A stretch of 64,000 nt of DNA from Candidatus Kapaibacterium sp. (GTDB taxonomy: Bacteria > Patescibacteriota > Patescibacteriia > UBA9934), in NCBI GenBank assembly GCA_044350705.1, contig JBILHA010000002.1, positions 242,295-306,294 of the forward strand, read 5' to 3'. A model generated the notes under the pieces. That model was not told where the DNA came from, searched no databases, and was given only the letters and a program-made list of their open reading frames with translations. This document shows positions 46,273 to 58,510 of the stretch, in pieces. Both the position numbers and the translations under genes were made by a program. The first letter of the stretch is position 1. Each line of letters begins with the position of its first letter.

Positions 46273-47174
46273 TTCCGCAAGGATTCTTCAATCCATTCTT
46301 GGAAGAGATTTTCCTCAGAAATACCAGCAGTTTTCAGCATTTTTGGCATGAGTGAAGTAGCGGTATATCCGGGAATGGTATTTATTTCTAAAAACCATAA
46401 CCCCCCTTCCTCATCCATCATGATGTCCGTACGCGTCATATGAGTACATCCAATTGCTTTATGCGCCTTCAAAGCAATCTCTTGAAGGCGTGCGGCAAGC
46501 TCCCCATCAATCCGCGCAGGACATACTTCTTCTGCGAGATTTTCTGCACTGTATTTTTGCTCATAGTCAAAGAATGACTTGGCAACAATCTCTACAACAG
46601 GGAGCGCAATTGTTCCTTTTTTTCCCTCAATAACCCCCACGGTAAATTCCCTTCCCACAATACGCCGCTCAACGATAATTTTTTCTGTTACTTCCGCCGC
46701 TCTCTTTATCGCCTCCTGGTACTCCTCCTCAGATGCAGCGATGCAGGTTGCAACCGAACTCCCTCCATCGCCCGGCTTTACCACCACGGGATAGCCTGGA
46801 TATTTGCTCTCTCCTCCTTTTTGCACTACATATCCTTCCGGAGAAGCAACGCCCACCTGGTGTACCCTCTCTTTTGCGCGATCTTTTTGGAGCGCAATCT
46901 CATGTGCTTCGCTCGGAGAAAAAATAAAAGGGATATCCATTTTTTTCAACCACCTTTGTATCTCTCCATCTTCGCCTCCTTTTCCGTGCATTACGGGGAC
47001 AGCAAGATCTATCGTCTCTTTCTCTCGAATAAATACATCCATTGCTTCCGGAAAAATAAATGTTTTTACGGGATAGTGGATTCCGATAATCCGCGCGATA
47101 TTTTCCGCTGATCGTAATGAGATTACTCTTTCAGTGCTTTCGCCTCCCGTTATCACCGCAATTGTATGGGTCAT
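46269..47174 (-). CDS. ddl: D-alanine--D-alanine ligase family (ATP-grasp)
   Basis: N-terminal IAVITGGESTERVISLRSA and the ATP-grasp C-terminus are typical of Ddl. Substrate not provable from sequence. Confidence 0.75.
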   Translation of the reverse strand: MTHTIAVITGGESTERVISLRSAENIARIIGIHYPVKTFIFPEAMDVFIREKETIDLAVPVMHGKGGEDGEIQRWLKKMDIPFIFSPSEAHEIALQKDRAKERVHQVGVASPEGYVVQKGGESKYPGYPVVVKPGDGGSSVATCIAASEEEYQEAIKRAAEVTEKIIVERRIVGREFTVGVIEGKKGTIALPVVEIVAKSFFDYEQKYSAENLAEEVCPARIDGELAARLQEIALKAHKAIGCTHMTRTDIMMDEEGGLWFLEINTIPGYTATSLMPKMLKTAGISEENLFQEWIEESLRK

Positions 47175-48988
47175 ATGTATGAATTTATTTTTACCTCCCC
47201 CGTGGATCCATTTATTTCTACTTCTTGTCCTTCTTTTAGCGTGTAGATGGGATAATTTACAATTACGGGAAGCTTCATTTCTCTCGCAATAATCGCAAAG
47301 TGTGATAAAAGGCCTCCGTGATCCGCAATCACCCCCTCGAGCATCGATGCGTGCTCTGCAATATCTGGAGTAAGCGCGGATACTACCAGGATTCCCCCCG
47401 GCGTAGGAATGCGCGTGACCTCACCTCTGCCTTTTCCTCCAGACACCCCCAAAGGCCCTTCTGACGGCATTGCAAAAGGCGTATCCGTCAGTACTGAGGG
47501 CGCAAGCTCTCCTTCGTTTTCTTCCTTTTCTGTAGGAACAAAATTTCTCAGTTTCGTTACGTAACGCAATGCCGTCCATCTCCCGTACTCTCTCAAACGA
47601 AGCATTTCCTGCGCATGCTTGAGCTCCTTTCTCGGTATTCCTTCAAGAATTTTTCCTGTAGCTTGCTGTTGGAGATGCGTCATGAAAGAGGAAGTGTCAC
47701 AAAAGTCCAATGTATTTCCTACAATATCTTCAGGTGGCTGCCATGCTTTTCCCATATCTTCAGGGAAGATGCTCAGGGCCTCTGTGAGCGAGGTACCTCC
47801 AGGCAGCTTTTCTTGCAGATCTCGTATCGCTTTTTCTGCGAGAAGATTCACGGTAAAAATTCTTTCATACTCCTTCATAAACTGCTGCATAATCTCTTCG
47901 GGAAAGGGGCTGTTGAGATCTTTCTGAAGAGAGCTTCGAAGTTGAAGAGCGATTTCTTCGTAATTCCCCTCAATCTTCTTTAGTGCACGACTATTTTTCA
48001 ATGAAGTCAAAAACCCCTTCATCTGAACAGGACGAGGGGCATATTCTTTTCTCAGAAAATAACTATATGCGGGAAATAAACTCTGCAATTCCTTTTCTTT
48101 ATCTACGTAGAGCTCTCCTGCGATCACCTTAAGAAAATTCATCTCTTGATATGCAACTCCGTATGCTCGGTATGCCCTGTCTACCGGGCCATCCTGCTCA
48201 TATAGGCGCTCCAGAAGGGCAAACGTCTCTCGCGAAGGTCGAGGCGCAACATCACACACGGAAGTTTTTGCGAAATAGTACTTCCCCTCTTTCGGCAGCT
48301 CCTCTTCTATGCGGAGAAGAAATTCATGACGCTCTTGTGTCAATGAAGTAATAGGACGAGCTTGAAGAATGTACCACTCGTCTTCTTGAATACACCATTC
48401 GATATCTTGAGGAAATTCAAAGAGCTTTTCTATTTCTAGAAAGAGCGTTTTTCCCTTTAAAATATTGGGCAATTTCGACGTGACCTCTTTTTGTGTTCGA
48501 TAAAATATTTCGCGCTCTGGAGTAATCATTCCCCCTACCACCTCATCACCTTGTCCCTCGTGAAATTCTATTATCATCTCCCGCTCTCCATTTGGATTTC
48601 TTGTAAAGGTAACTCCAGAAAATGTTGCGGGAATATATTTTTGGATAATGAGAGAAAATTCAGAGAGGCTTCCTAGCTTTTTCTCTGCATCATGCCGCAC
48701 TTCTTCGATTGCCACTGCTAGATCCTCAGGAGCAATATCAAGCTTCGTGAGGAATTTTCCTGCCATAGACTCCTCCTGGGCATCTTCTATCAGCGCACTT
48801 GAACGTACCGCGTAACTTACGGCACTCATCTTTGTATGAGCGTATGTCGCTATTTCTTCTCCAGAATCCTGAGCGGTTCTCTCGGTATCAATGAGCACAA
48901 ATTCAGGAACAGGAAGTCCCGCTCGTTGCATGATCTCTAATCTTCTTCCTTTTTCTCCATTCATATTAGTATTCCCAGGGAGTGGCAT
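47171..48988 (-). CDS. PEP-utilising enzyme family protein (PPDK N-terminal ATP-grasp plus swivel phosphohistidine domain; PpsA/rifampin-phosphotransferase-like, lacks TIM-barrel)
   Basis: C-terminal GGLLSHFAIIAREMKLPVIV mobile His domain. N-terminal pyruvate-phosphate-dikinase-like nucleotide-binding domain. Confidence 0.6.
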   Translation of the reverse strand: MPLPGNTNMNGEKGRRLEIMQRAGLPVPEFVLIDTERTAQDSGEEIATYAHTKMSAVSYAVRSSALIEDAQEESMAGKFLTKLDIAPEDLAVAIEEVRHDAEKKLGSLSEFSLIIQKYIPATFSGVTFTRNPNGEREMIIEFHEGQGDEVVGGMITPEREIFYRTQKEVTSKLPNILKGKTLFLEIEKLFEFPQDIEWCIQEDEWYILQARPITSLTQERHEFLLRIEEELPKEGKYYFAKTSVCDVAPRPSRETFALLERLYEQDGPVDRAYRAYGVAYQEMNFLKVIAGELYVDKEKELQSLFPAYSYFLRKEYAPRPVQMKGFLTSLKNSRALKKIEGNYEEIALQLRSSLQKDLNSPFPEEIMQQFMKEYERIFTVNLLAEKAIRDLQEKLPGGTSLTEALSIFPEDMGKAWQPPEDIVGNTLDFCDTSSFMTHLQQQATGKILEGIPRKELKHAQEMLRLREYGRWTALRYVTKLRNFVPTEKEENEGELAPSVLTDTPFAMPSEGPLGVSGGKGRGEVTRIPTPGGILVVSALTPDIAEHASMLEGVIADHGGLLSHFAIIAREMKLPVIVNYPIYTLKEGQEVEINGSTGEVKINSYI

Positions 48989-50072
48989 ACCTGCCCAGGA
49001 AGATATTTCCTCGTTTCTCCAACTTTATTCCGATAATTTTCGCGTCAAAACAAGTTACAAAATCTTCGCATATGGTAACTATTCTCGCACTCGATGGCAC
49101 GCGACTCAATTCACTCTCTAGCTCCTCGGTCGGAGTATATATCGCCGAAATAGCCACACTTCCTAATATCGGATGAGGCTTGCTCGCGCTTTCTTGTCGC
49201 GTATCCACTGTCAGCACATTTTGCTGTTGGAGTTCTTTTATTTCATCGGTAGAAAATATCTTCGTATATTGTGGATCACTGTATACCGCAGAGAATGCAA
49301 TCTCTCCTTCAAATATTCCTCCCGCTTCAACCCATCCGCTTACCCCATTTTCCAGTGCTTGTGCCATAATCCCCCTTTCTCGCAAGTAAGCCGAGATCTC
49401 ACTTCCACGAATACCCGACCAGCAAATTACAAATACCAGTCGATCCCTGGGAAGCACTTCCCATTTGCCTGCAAGAAGGTCTGCAAAACGTATGTGCGTA
49501 CTTCCTGGATAGTGTCCTATCTCGTACTCCTCGTCTTCACGGGCATCTAGTATAAAAGCATCTTCAGCCTGTTGTTCAAAATCACTATTTGTTACAAGCA
49601 GAGGAAGATTTTCATGCGCCTTAAAGAAATCGCTTCGTGTATCTTCCGCTTCTTCTGCATCCTTCCTCGCAATCTCTTCATGCAATTTCTCTGCAACTTG
49701 CTTCCCATACTCTTCCTGAGCATACAGCCTTCTTACTTCAACGACCGTGTACGCCGTCGATAGTGCAACTCCGAGCGTACTTATCGCCACCAGTAAAATG
49801 ATGATGGGTTTCCGACGTACAAACATCCCTATTCTTTTGAAATACTGGAGTACAAAAGAGAATGCCAGTGAAAGAAACACGGCGAGTAAACTAAAGATCT
49901 GAACAAATGAAGATCCGATATTTGAAAGTATTTCGGGGGGAGGAATGGCGTGCGACTCTCGCGGCCATACTGCCGTAGCAAGGAGAAAAACAAGAAACGC
50001 AGCTCGCGGATTTCTCTCCTCCTTTTCTTTGCCCCCACTTCCCACGTCTTTTGCTCCTGAAGGCCGCTTCAT
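48966..50072 (-). CDS. Membrane-anchored rhodanese-domain protein (two rhodanese-like modules)
   Basis: Two TM helices near the N-terminus; FVICWSGIRGSEIS active-site Cys loop. Confidence 0.55.
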   Translation of the reverse strand: MKRPSGAKDVGSGGKEKEERNPRAAFLVFLLATAVWPRESHAIPPPEILSNIGSSFVQIFSLLAVFLSLAFSFVLQYFKRIGMFVRRKPIIILLVAISTLGVALSTAYTVVEVRRLYAQEEYGKQVAEKLHEEIARKDAEEAEDTRSDFFKAHENLPLLVTNSDFEQQAEDAFILDAREDEEYEIGHYPGSTHIRFADLLAGKWEVLPRDRLVFVICWSGIRGSEISAYLRERGIMAQALENGVSGWVEAGGIFEGEIAFSAVYSDPQYTKIFSTDEIKELQQQNVLTVDTRQESASKPHPILGSVAISAIYTPTEELESELSRVPSSARIVTICEDFVTCFDAKIIGIKLEKRGNIFLGRYATPWEY

Positions 50073-50139
50073 ATCTCTCCTATCATACCGCTTTTATAAA
50101 CAAAAAACAGCTCTTTCGAGCTGTCTTCTGTATAAAATC

Positions 50140-50261
50140 GCACGGTTCTGGCGGCAACCTACTCTCGCCAACCTTGACTACCATCGGCTCACAAAGGCTT
50201 AACGGCCGTGTTCGGAATGGGAACGGGTGTGACCCTTTGGAAAGAACCACCAGAACCGTGC
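50140..50261 (-). rRNA. rrf: 5S ribosomal RNA
   Basis: Reverse complement contains CCCATTCCGAACACGGCCGTTAAGCC and GGTAGT motifs. About 120 nt. Terminator acagctcgaaagagctgt plus U-tract downstream (50108-50135). Confidence 0.85.
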
Positions 50262-50337
50262 GATCTTATGTGCTTCTCGCACAAGAATACTGATTGAAGA
50301 AATGCTTTTGCATTCGTCAGCCACCACGCGTTTTGCG

Positions 50338-53378
<3,041 letters not shown>

Positions 53379-53474
53379 GCACAACAGCAGTGTTGCGGTC
53401 TTTTTCGAAGTGGGATGGCGAATTGCAAATATGCATCATCTTCATCAGTATTCAGTTGTGAAAGTGCGGCAGAA

Positions 53475-53503
53475 TAGTATCTCTTCCCTGTGGTATTGTC
53501 AAG
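53475..53503 (-). promoter_or_regulatory. Candidate rRNA promoter TTGACA-17-TACTAT (minus strand) about 90 nt upstream of 23S
   Basis: Reverse complement of 53475-53503 reads cTTGACAataccacagggaagagaTACTAT. Confidence 0.55.
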
Positions 53504-53567
53504 AAGTCATCCACGGCACGAGAACACTCTTCTTCCTGCCTTTGTTTTTTGGCTAATATTCCTTTGT

Positions 53568-53993
53568 ATGCTGAAGACTCTCCTTCTTTCGGTTGGCGAT
53601 CTGCCTTCGGGAGGCTTTCGAGAAATTGGGGATAACTTTCTCCTTTTTTTAAAGAAATACGCGAGCATCGAAACTCGTTCTTATAAGTCGTCAAAACTCC
53701 TCCTCGAAAAAGCTCCGAGAGACGCTTTTCTTTTGGATGAGCGCGGCAAGAGCTATACCTCCCATTCCTTTGCCGCCCTTCTTTCCCAATTTGAAGATCG
53801 CGGAGATACCTTTACTCTTCTCTTGGGAGGCCCGGATGGCTTTACCGCCCAGGAAAAAGCGCCGTTTCAAAAAATCTCCCTTTCTCCCATGACCACAACG
53901 CACGATATCGCGCATCTTTTTCTTCTTGAGCAGCTGTTTCGCGGCCTCAGTATTGTGCATGGATCGAGTTATCATCGCGATGAGCCAAAATAA
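53568..53993 (+). CDS. rlmH: 23S rRNA (pseudouridine1915-N3)-methyltransferase RlmH (SPOUT)
   Basis: MLKTLLLSVGDL N-terminus; C-terminal SLSPMTTTHDIAHLFLLEQLFRGLSI is typical of RlmH. About 140 aa. Confidence 0.8.
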   Translation: MLKTLLLSVGDLPSGGFREIGDNFLLFLKKYASIETRSYKSSKLLLEKAPRDAFLLDERGKSYTSHSFAALLSQFEDRGDTFTLLLGGPDGFTAQEKAPFQKISLSPMTTTHDIAHLFLLEQLFRGLSIVHGSSYHRDEPK

Positions 53994-54028
53994 AACTCCC
54001 GCCGAGATCTGGCGGGAGTTTTATTTCC
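53994..54028. terminator. Bidirectional terminator
   Basis: aactcccgcc-gagatct-ggcgggagtt followed by ttatttcc. Confidence 0.7.
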
Positions 54029-54350
54029 AGGTGCGCTTTTTGTTTATTTCCTCTTTTTCACGAATAGCCTCTTCAATATTTATTGAGAAGCTATTTGCGA
54101 GGTCGAGCAGATACATAGTGACATCGGCGAATTCTTCTTTGAGATTATGAAGCTTTTCTTCGTCGGTATGCGTTCCTTCTACGTGCATGCCTTCCATTTT
54201 CCGGATGGCTTTTGCGAGCTCACCAATTTCTTCACTAAAGAGAAGGAACTTCTCAAGGGGTGTGTTCTTATCAAATCCTCGCTCTTTACACATGTGTTCG
54301 ATCCATTTTTGTGCATCTGGCAAAGAGACGTTTTTGGGAAAATCTTGCAT
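54021..54350 (-). CDS. MazG-like nucleotide pyrophosphohydrolase
   Basis: 109 aa; EExGELAKAIRK and EEFADVTMYLLDLA EExxE/D motifs. Confidence 0.7.
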   Translation of the reverse strand: MQDFPKNVSLPDAQKWIEHMCKERGFDKNTPLEKFLLFSEEIGELAKAIRKMEGMHVEGTHTDEEKLHNLKEEFADVTMYLLDLANSFSINIEEAIREKEEINKKRTWK

Positions 54351-54356
54351 ATCTTT

Positions 54357-54749
54357 TTATTCTTTTTCTTGGAGTTCTTGGAGAAATGCTTTCGTGGCAG
54401 GATATGCCGGCAACTCTTTTGTTTCGGATAAGTAAAACCATCTTCCTTCTGCAATCTCATCCTGATCGATTTGTAATTTCTCTCCTGGTTTTACCTTGGT
54501 GGTAAAGCAATAAACCGTTCCCTCTCCAAAATCAAATGGGATTTGCATGATTTCTTTGACATCTTCGTACGCCAACTCTATTCCCGCCTCTTCTCTCACC
54601 TCACGTATTCCCGCCGCGCGAGGATCTTCATCTTCGTCATCGACTCCCCCTCCAAGAGGCTGCCATTTATCCGGATAACTATGCGTTCTTACTAAAAAGA
54701 TTTCTCCTTTTTCGCTTACCAGCGCGACTATCGCTACATCTCTTTTCAT
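54357..54749 (-). CDS. NUDIX hydrolase
   Basis: Nudix box GGGVDDEDEDPRAAGIREVREEAGIE. Confidence 0.75.
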   Translation of the reverse strand: MKRDVAIVALVSEKGEIFLVRTHSYPDKWQPLGGGVDDEDEDPRAAGIREVREEAGIELAYEDVKEIMQIPFDFGEGTVYCFTTKVKPGEKLQIDQDEIAEGRWFYLSETKELPAYPATKAFLQELQEKE

Positions 54750-54752
54750 ACT

Positions 54753-55352
54753 TTATAAAAGCAAATCTGCGTACGCGTCTGGGAGGGATTTTCCTGGGGC
54801 GTAAACAATAGGTTCAGCGATTGCTTTCTCGATAGTTTCGAGAATGATTGGATACTGAGATTGCTCGTTAAAATGTCCGCCGGTTTCTGGAGTAAAAAGA
54901 TGGCCGTGGAAAACGGTTGCGTATTTTTGTGCATGATCGACGGGAATGACTTTGTCGTTTTTTGCATGGACGATGTAAAAACGGGAGGCGCGCCACATGA
55001 GGACGTCATGGTCGAGGTCGGATAAGAAGAAGCCGCGGAAGCGCTCGTCTTTAATGAACCAGGGGGCAGAAATCAGTACGCATGCTTTTGGCGTCGTGCG
55101 TGCTTCGGCGGCTTCGAGAAAACGAAGCGCGGCAGCACCTCCTAAGCTGTGGCCGACGATAATATCCTCTTCGGTAAGAGTACGTGCAGCTTCAACAAGC
55201 GCCTTTGTCCAGGTTTCGGGATCAGGATTTTCGGGGTCAGGAAGGTCGGGAATGAGGACTTCGTGGCCGCGCTTCTTGAGCTCATCTTCAAGCCAGGGCC
55301 AGAAGTGGAGGCTAGAAGATGAGCGATAGCCGTGAATGCCGATGATGCGCAT
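54753..55352 (-). CDS. Alpha/beta-hydrolase (esterase/lipase-like)
   Basis: GHSLGG nucleophile elbow; 199 aa. Confidence 0.6.
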   Translation of the reverse strand: MRIIGIHGYRSSSSLHFWPWLEDELKKRGHEVLIPDLPDPENPDPETWTKALVEAARTLTEEDIIVGHSLGGAAALRFLEAAEARTTPKACVLISAPWFIKDERFRGFFLSDLDHDVLMWRASRFYIVHAKNDKVIPVDHAQKYATVFHGHLFTPETGGHFNEQSQYPIILETIEKAIAEPIVYAPGKSLPDAYADLLL

Positions 55353-55452
55353 AGGGTGGGAGCTGAGAAAGGGAGTATACGTGGGAGCTTAGGGAGTAAG
55401 GGGAGTATGGGGAGTGTTTTTTTTATTTAGAGTACGGGAAAGTGAGGAAACT

Positions 55453-55478
55453 GAAAACCGCCCGAGGTTGGGCGGCTT
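55453..55478 (-). terminator. Rho-independent terminator after the membrane protein gene
   Basis: ccgccc-gaggtt-gggcgg stem; U-tract on the minus strand. Confidence 0.65.
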
Positions 55479-55482
55479 TCTT

Positions 55483-56610
55483 TTACTTGCTTGCTTTTGC
55501 TGGGGTTGTTTTTTGCTTTGCACGAAGGAACATGAGTCCGCCAATTGCTATGCCTGCAACAATGACTAGCGCAAAAATGTTTTGCACAATTGCCGATACC
55601 ACAATAGTGATGAGTGAAAGTACGAGTGCAACGATGAGTGTTACCCCTCCAATCACCGCGCGACTTGCTCCTCCCAAAAATGGCAAGATATCGAGCAATG
55701 TTGAGAAAGGACCGGTGACTGCCATCATTCCTGCCCACATGAGCAAGAATCCTACGAGACGGAAAATCCAGAGCATCATTTTATATTCACCATGCATGGT
55801 TGCGAGCGCTTCATCGCGTCCACCTTCGAAAACACGAAATACGCCGTTGCCTTTTTTATCTGTGAATTTTGTTACTTCCGAACCACTCACTTCTCCAAAA
55901 ATTGTTCCGAGCATTCCTTCTTTGAGCACCGAAAATGAAACGCGCTCGTCGCCTACTTTTGGCGCGGCTGGATCTGCACCCTTGAGATAGATATATCTTC
56001 CTTGAATGACTGCGTCTTTTGGTAGCTCTACCATTGCGGGCGTGAGCGAAATTTCATCGCCGCCGCCAATGGATACTTCTTGGCCGTTGAAGCTATACGC
56101 ACCGACTGTCATGGTTTCGGGATTGTATGATCCGTATTCCTGCGTTGGTGCTGGGTTTTCGTGACCCTCTGGATATTCGAACGTTGATGAATCGCTTGGC
56201 GACGCGGTCCATGCTTTTTGATAATTGTACGTGGTTGTTGTGGTTTCTGATCCTCCGAGATTTGTTTGGCTTTGTGACTCACTCTCTTGTTCCCATGCGT
56301 ACATTTCCGCGGTTCTTGTCACGATAAGATAAGGGCCTGGCTTGAGGTACATTCCGTCACCGATATCTTCGCTTCCCATGATTTTTCCTGTCATGGATAC
56401 GAATGCGCCGTCTTTACCGGCATCTACCGTTTCTGCGGAAATTGCTTCGGATTTTTTTGCAATATCGGAAATGTCGACTCGACCCTCATTCCAATACAAC
56501 ACACCGAATGAACCAAAAAACATTGCAACTCCCATGACTACTCCACTGATAGAATTCATGATGCGTTTTCCGAATCCTACGGTCGTTGTTTGTGTATATG
56601 TATCAGGCAT
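55483..56610 (-). CDS. Hypothetical membrane protein (N-terminal TM, large extracytoplasmic domain, C-terminal multi-TM; TMEM43/DUF1625-like)
   Basis: 375 aa with hydrophobic termini. Confidence 0.45.
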   Translation of the reverse strand: MPDTYTQTTTVGFGKRIMNSISGVVMGVAMFFGSFGVLYWNEGRVDISDIAKKSEAISAETVDAGKDGAFVSMTGKIMGSEDIGDGMYLKPGPYLIVTRTAEMYAWEQESESQSQTNLGGSETTTTTYNYQKAWTASPSDSSTFEYPEGHENPAPTQEYGSYNPETMTVGAYSFNGQEVSIGGGDEISLTPAMVELPKDAVIQGRYIYLKGADPAAPKVGDERVSFSVLKEGMLGTIFGEVSGSEVTKFTDKKGNGVFRVFEGGRDEALATMHGEYKMMLWIFRLVGFLLMWAGMMAVTGPFSTLLDILPFLGGASRAVIGGVTLIVALVLSLITIVVSAIVQNIFALVIVAGIAIGGLMFLRAKQKTTPAKASK

Positions 56611-56656
56611 AGTTTAAGTTAATTGCGCTCATCATACCGGATTTTTCCTTTTTTCT

Positions 56657-57307
56657 TTATTCCTTGGGGATAGGTGTGAAACGCGACTGTTGTCCTTCTG
56701 GCGTTTCAACATGACCATAAAACTCTTCCTTGGGACGCACCCACCATTCTCCATTACGCAAAGATTCGTATACCACATGCTCACGCTCGTCGTTCGTATG
56801 CAGCGCCTCACCCACAATGCGATAGAAACCTCCTTTGAAATGTTTTACGATCTTTTTCTCTGGGAAAAATGCGTTGAATACTTTTTTAAAATCTGGGAGC
56901 GTTTTCAACTTTCTTACTTCGTCGATTGCTAACCACACGTAGTCTTGCGATTCCCGATCACGTGTTACGTTTTCTGCGGTGACTTCTACAAGTACCGCAT
57001 GCACGATCCACGTCTTTTTATTTTCCTCATCTTCTTGCGTGAAGATAGGACCGCGACGAATGTGTACTACATGATCAGATGGAATTCCTCCTTCTTCTTG
57101 CAATTCTTCAAGCACCTTTTCTTCAATCGTTTTTTCGTCATCAAGAAAGCCAGAAATGCCATTCCAGTGGTGCGGATGCAAATCCATTTTTACACCCCGC
57201 TGAATCATCAAGATTTTTCCTTCGCGATGCACGACACAATTCACCACCGGTGCGTAACGAATATTCGTATAATCAACTCTCCCTGATTTTGGAATAAATT
57301 CCGACAT
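56657..57307 (-). CDS. NUDIX hydrolase fused to a C-terminal DUF1653-like domain
   Basis: Nudix box GISGFLDDEKTIEEKVLEELQEEGGI. C-terminal FKGGFYRIVGEALHTNDEREHVVYESL. Start at the ATG 57307 avoids overlap with the structured element; the longer ORF to 57496 is rejected. Confidence 0.55.
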   Translation of the reverse strand: MSEFIPKSGRVDYTNIRYAPVVNCVVHREGKILMIQRGVKMDLHPHHWNGISGFLDDEKTIEEKVLEELQEEGGIPSDHVVHIRRGPIFTQEDEENKKTWIVHAVLVEVTAENVTRDRESQDYVWLAIDEVRKLKTLPDFKKVFNAFFPEKKIVKHFKGGFYRIVGEALHTNDEREHVVYESLRNGEWWVRPKEEFYGHVETPEGQQSRFTPIPKE

Positions 57308-57391
57308 ATCTTCCTTTCTGCTTGTATAAAACTTCCTGATTCTGTACCATTTTATCCGATTCAGTAAAAAGCTGAATGGTTTGGGAGAAAT

Positions 57392-57635
57392 GGAAAACGG
57401 TTTTATTTGGAGACAGTTTGGACCTGAAGAGGGAGGATTCACGAGCCGTACCAAAAATGTACGGTGAGCGAACAGGACCGATGAGCGTAAGGTCATAAGG
57501 CAAGAATTAAAAACATTTTTATTTTAGGCTAGTTTTGGCTCGCGACGCAGAAGGCGTCGTCAAGGCCTACTCAAATGTAGGCCGTCGACGCTTTCAAGGA
57601 GCATGACAAAAATAGACAAAATAAAAATGTTTTCC
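57392..57635 (+). ncRNA. Unclassified structured RNA element, copy 3 of 3 (about 244 nt; carries an extra multi-hairpin insertion), ends 3 nt before tRNA-Leu(UAG)
   Basis: 5-prime ggaaaacggttttatttgg (57392-57410) pairs with caaaataaaaatgttttcc (57617-57635). Shares the boxes GAAGAGGGAGGATT, ccgtac-caaaaat-gtacgg hairpin and GAGCGAACAGGACCGATGAG. Inserted hairpins gacgc-agaag-gcgtc and ggcctac-tcaaat-gtaggcc. Confidence 0.45.
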
Positions 57636-57638
57636 CGA

Positions 57639-57722
57639 GGGCGAGTGGTGGAATTGGTATACACGCATGTCTTAGGAACATGTGCTTCGTGCATGAGGGT
57701 TCGAGTCCCTCCTCGCCCACCA
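57639..57722 (+). tRNA. tRNA-Leu, anticodon UAG
   Basis: GGGCGAG...CTCGCCC-A-CCA acceptor. Anticodon stem CATGT/ACATG with loop CTTAGGA. Long variable arm. T-loop GGTTCGAGTCC. Confidence 0.88.
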
Positions 57723-57773
57723 ATGGATAGAAAAGAAGGGAGTGAGGGGAGTGAGGGGAGTTGGATGTGGCAA

Positions 57774-57798
57774 GGCGCTGAAAGGCGCTGTTTTTTTT
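57774..57798 (+). terminator. Terminator after tRNA-Leu(UAG)
   Basis: ggcgct-GAAA-ggcgc stem plus tttttttt. Confidence 0.55.
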
Positions 57799-57823
57799 AT
57801 TTTATCTTGCTTGGCGACAAAAC

Positions 57824-57852
57824 TTGCAAAAGTGCTCATTTTTTGCTATACT
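57824..57852 (+). promoter_or_regulatory. Candidate sigma70-like promoter TTGCAA-17-TATACT for the receiver-domain gene
   Basis: ttgcaa (57824-57829), 17-nt spacer, tatact (57847-57852). Confidence 0.5.
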
Positions 57853-57920
57853 TTCATGTCTCTCGATGGATCATTTCGATCTGTTGAGAACAAAGGACTG
57901 CCAAGTCCCTTGGAGGGAAT

Positions 57921-58292
57921 ATGGCAAATGTCATCTTTGTGGACGACGAGCCGCCCATTCGTAGGACGCTCGTTCGGCGCGCAACGAGGGGGCATGGCCT
58001 CGTGGCCCATGCCCCCTCCAGCCTCAGCGAGCTCCTCGAGCTCGCTGAGCAAAACCCCAGCGCGGTCGTCGTTTTCGACGGCAACTGCGCCGGGGCGTTC
58101 GAGGGCCTGAACGGGTGGGATCTGGTCCCCCTCCTTCGTGCCCGCGGCTGGACCGGTGAGGGCGTCGTCTTCACCGGCGCGCGGGATGAAAATATCCCGG
58201 CCTTCAGGAATGCCGGCCTTCCGGCCGAGCGGGTTTTTGACAAGCCCGAACTTAGCGATCTCTTTCAGCTCCTCGTGGAGCTCGCCAAGTAA
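57921..58292 (+). CDS. Single-domain response-regulator receiver (CheY-like) protein, orphan, encoded in a high-GC island
   Basis: 123 aa. DD (FVDDEP), phospho-acceptor Asp (VVFDGN), Thr (VVFTGA), Lys-Pro (FDKP). About 65% GC versus the backbone. Confidence 0.65.
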   Translation: MANVIFVDDEPPIRRTLVRRATRGHGLVAHAPSSLSELLELAEQNPSAVVVFDGNCAGAFEGLNGWDLVPLLRARGWTGEGVVFTGARDENIPAFRNAGLPAERVFDKPELSDLFQLLVELAK

Positions 58293-58510
58293 TTCCTTCC
58301 CGTGAGCACACCGCTGTGTGTCTCGCGGGTCGCTTCAACATGAGAACTCGCCTTCTCGTATTGAAACGACTTTTCCACAAGAACTTCTTTCCTCTGCTTC
58401 GCCCGTGATAAGGTGGTTTTGCAGACATCACTCCCCCGTCTCTTTGTTGAGATGTGTGGGAGTTTTGTTTTGTACGACGTCGTTCCTCTCATTCATTTAA
58501 CGTACTGCAC

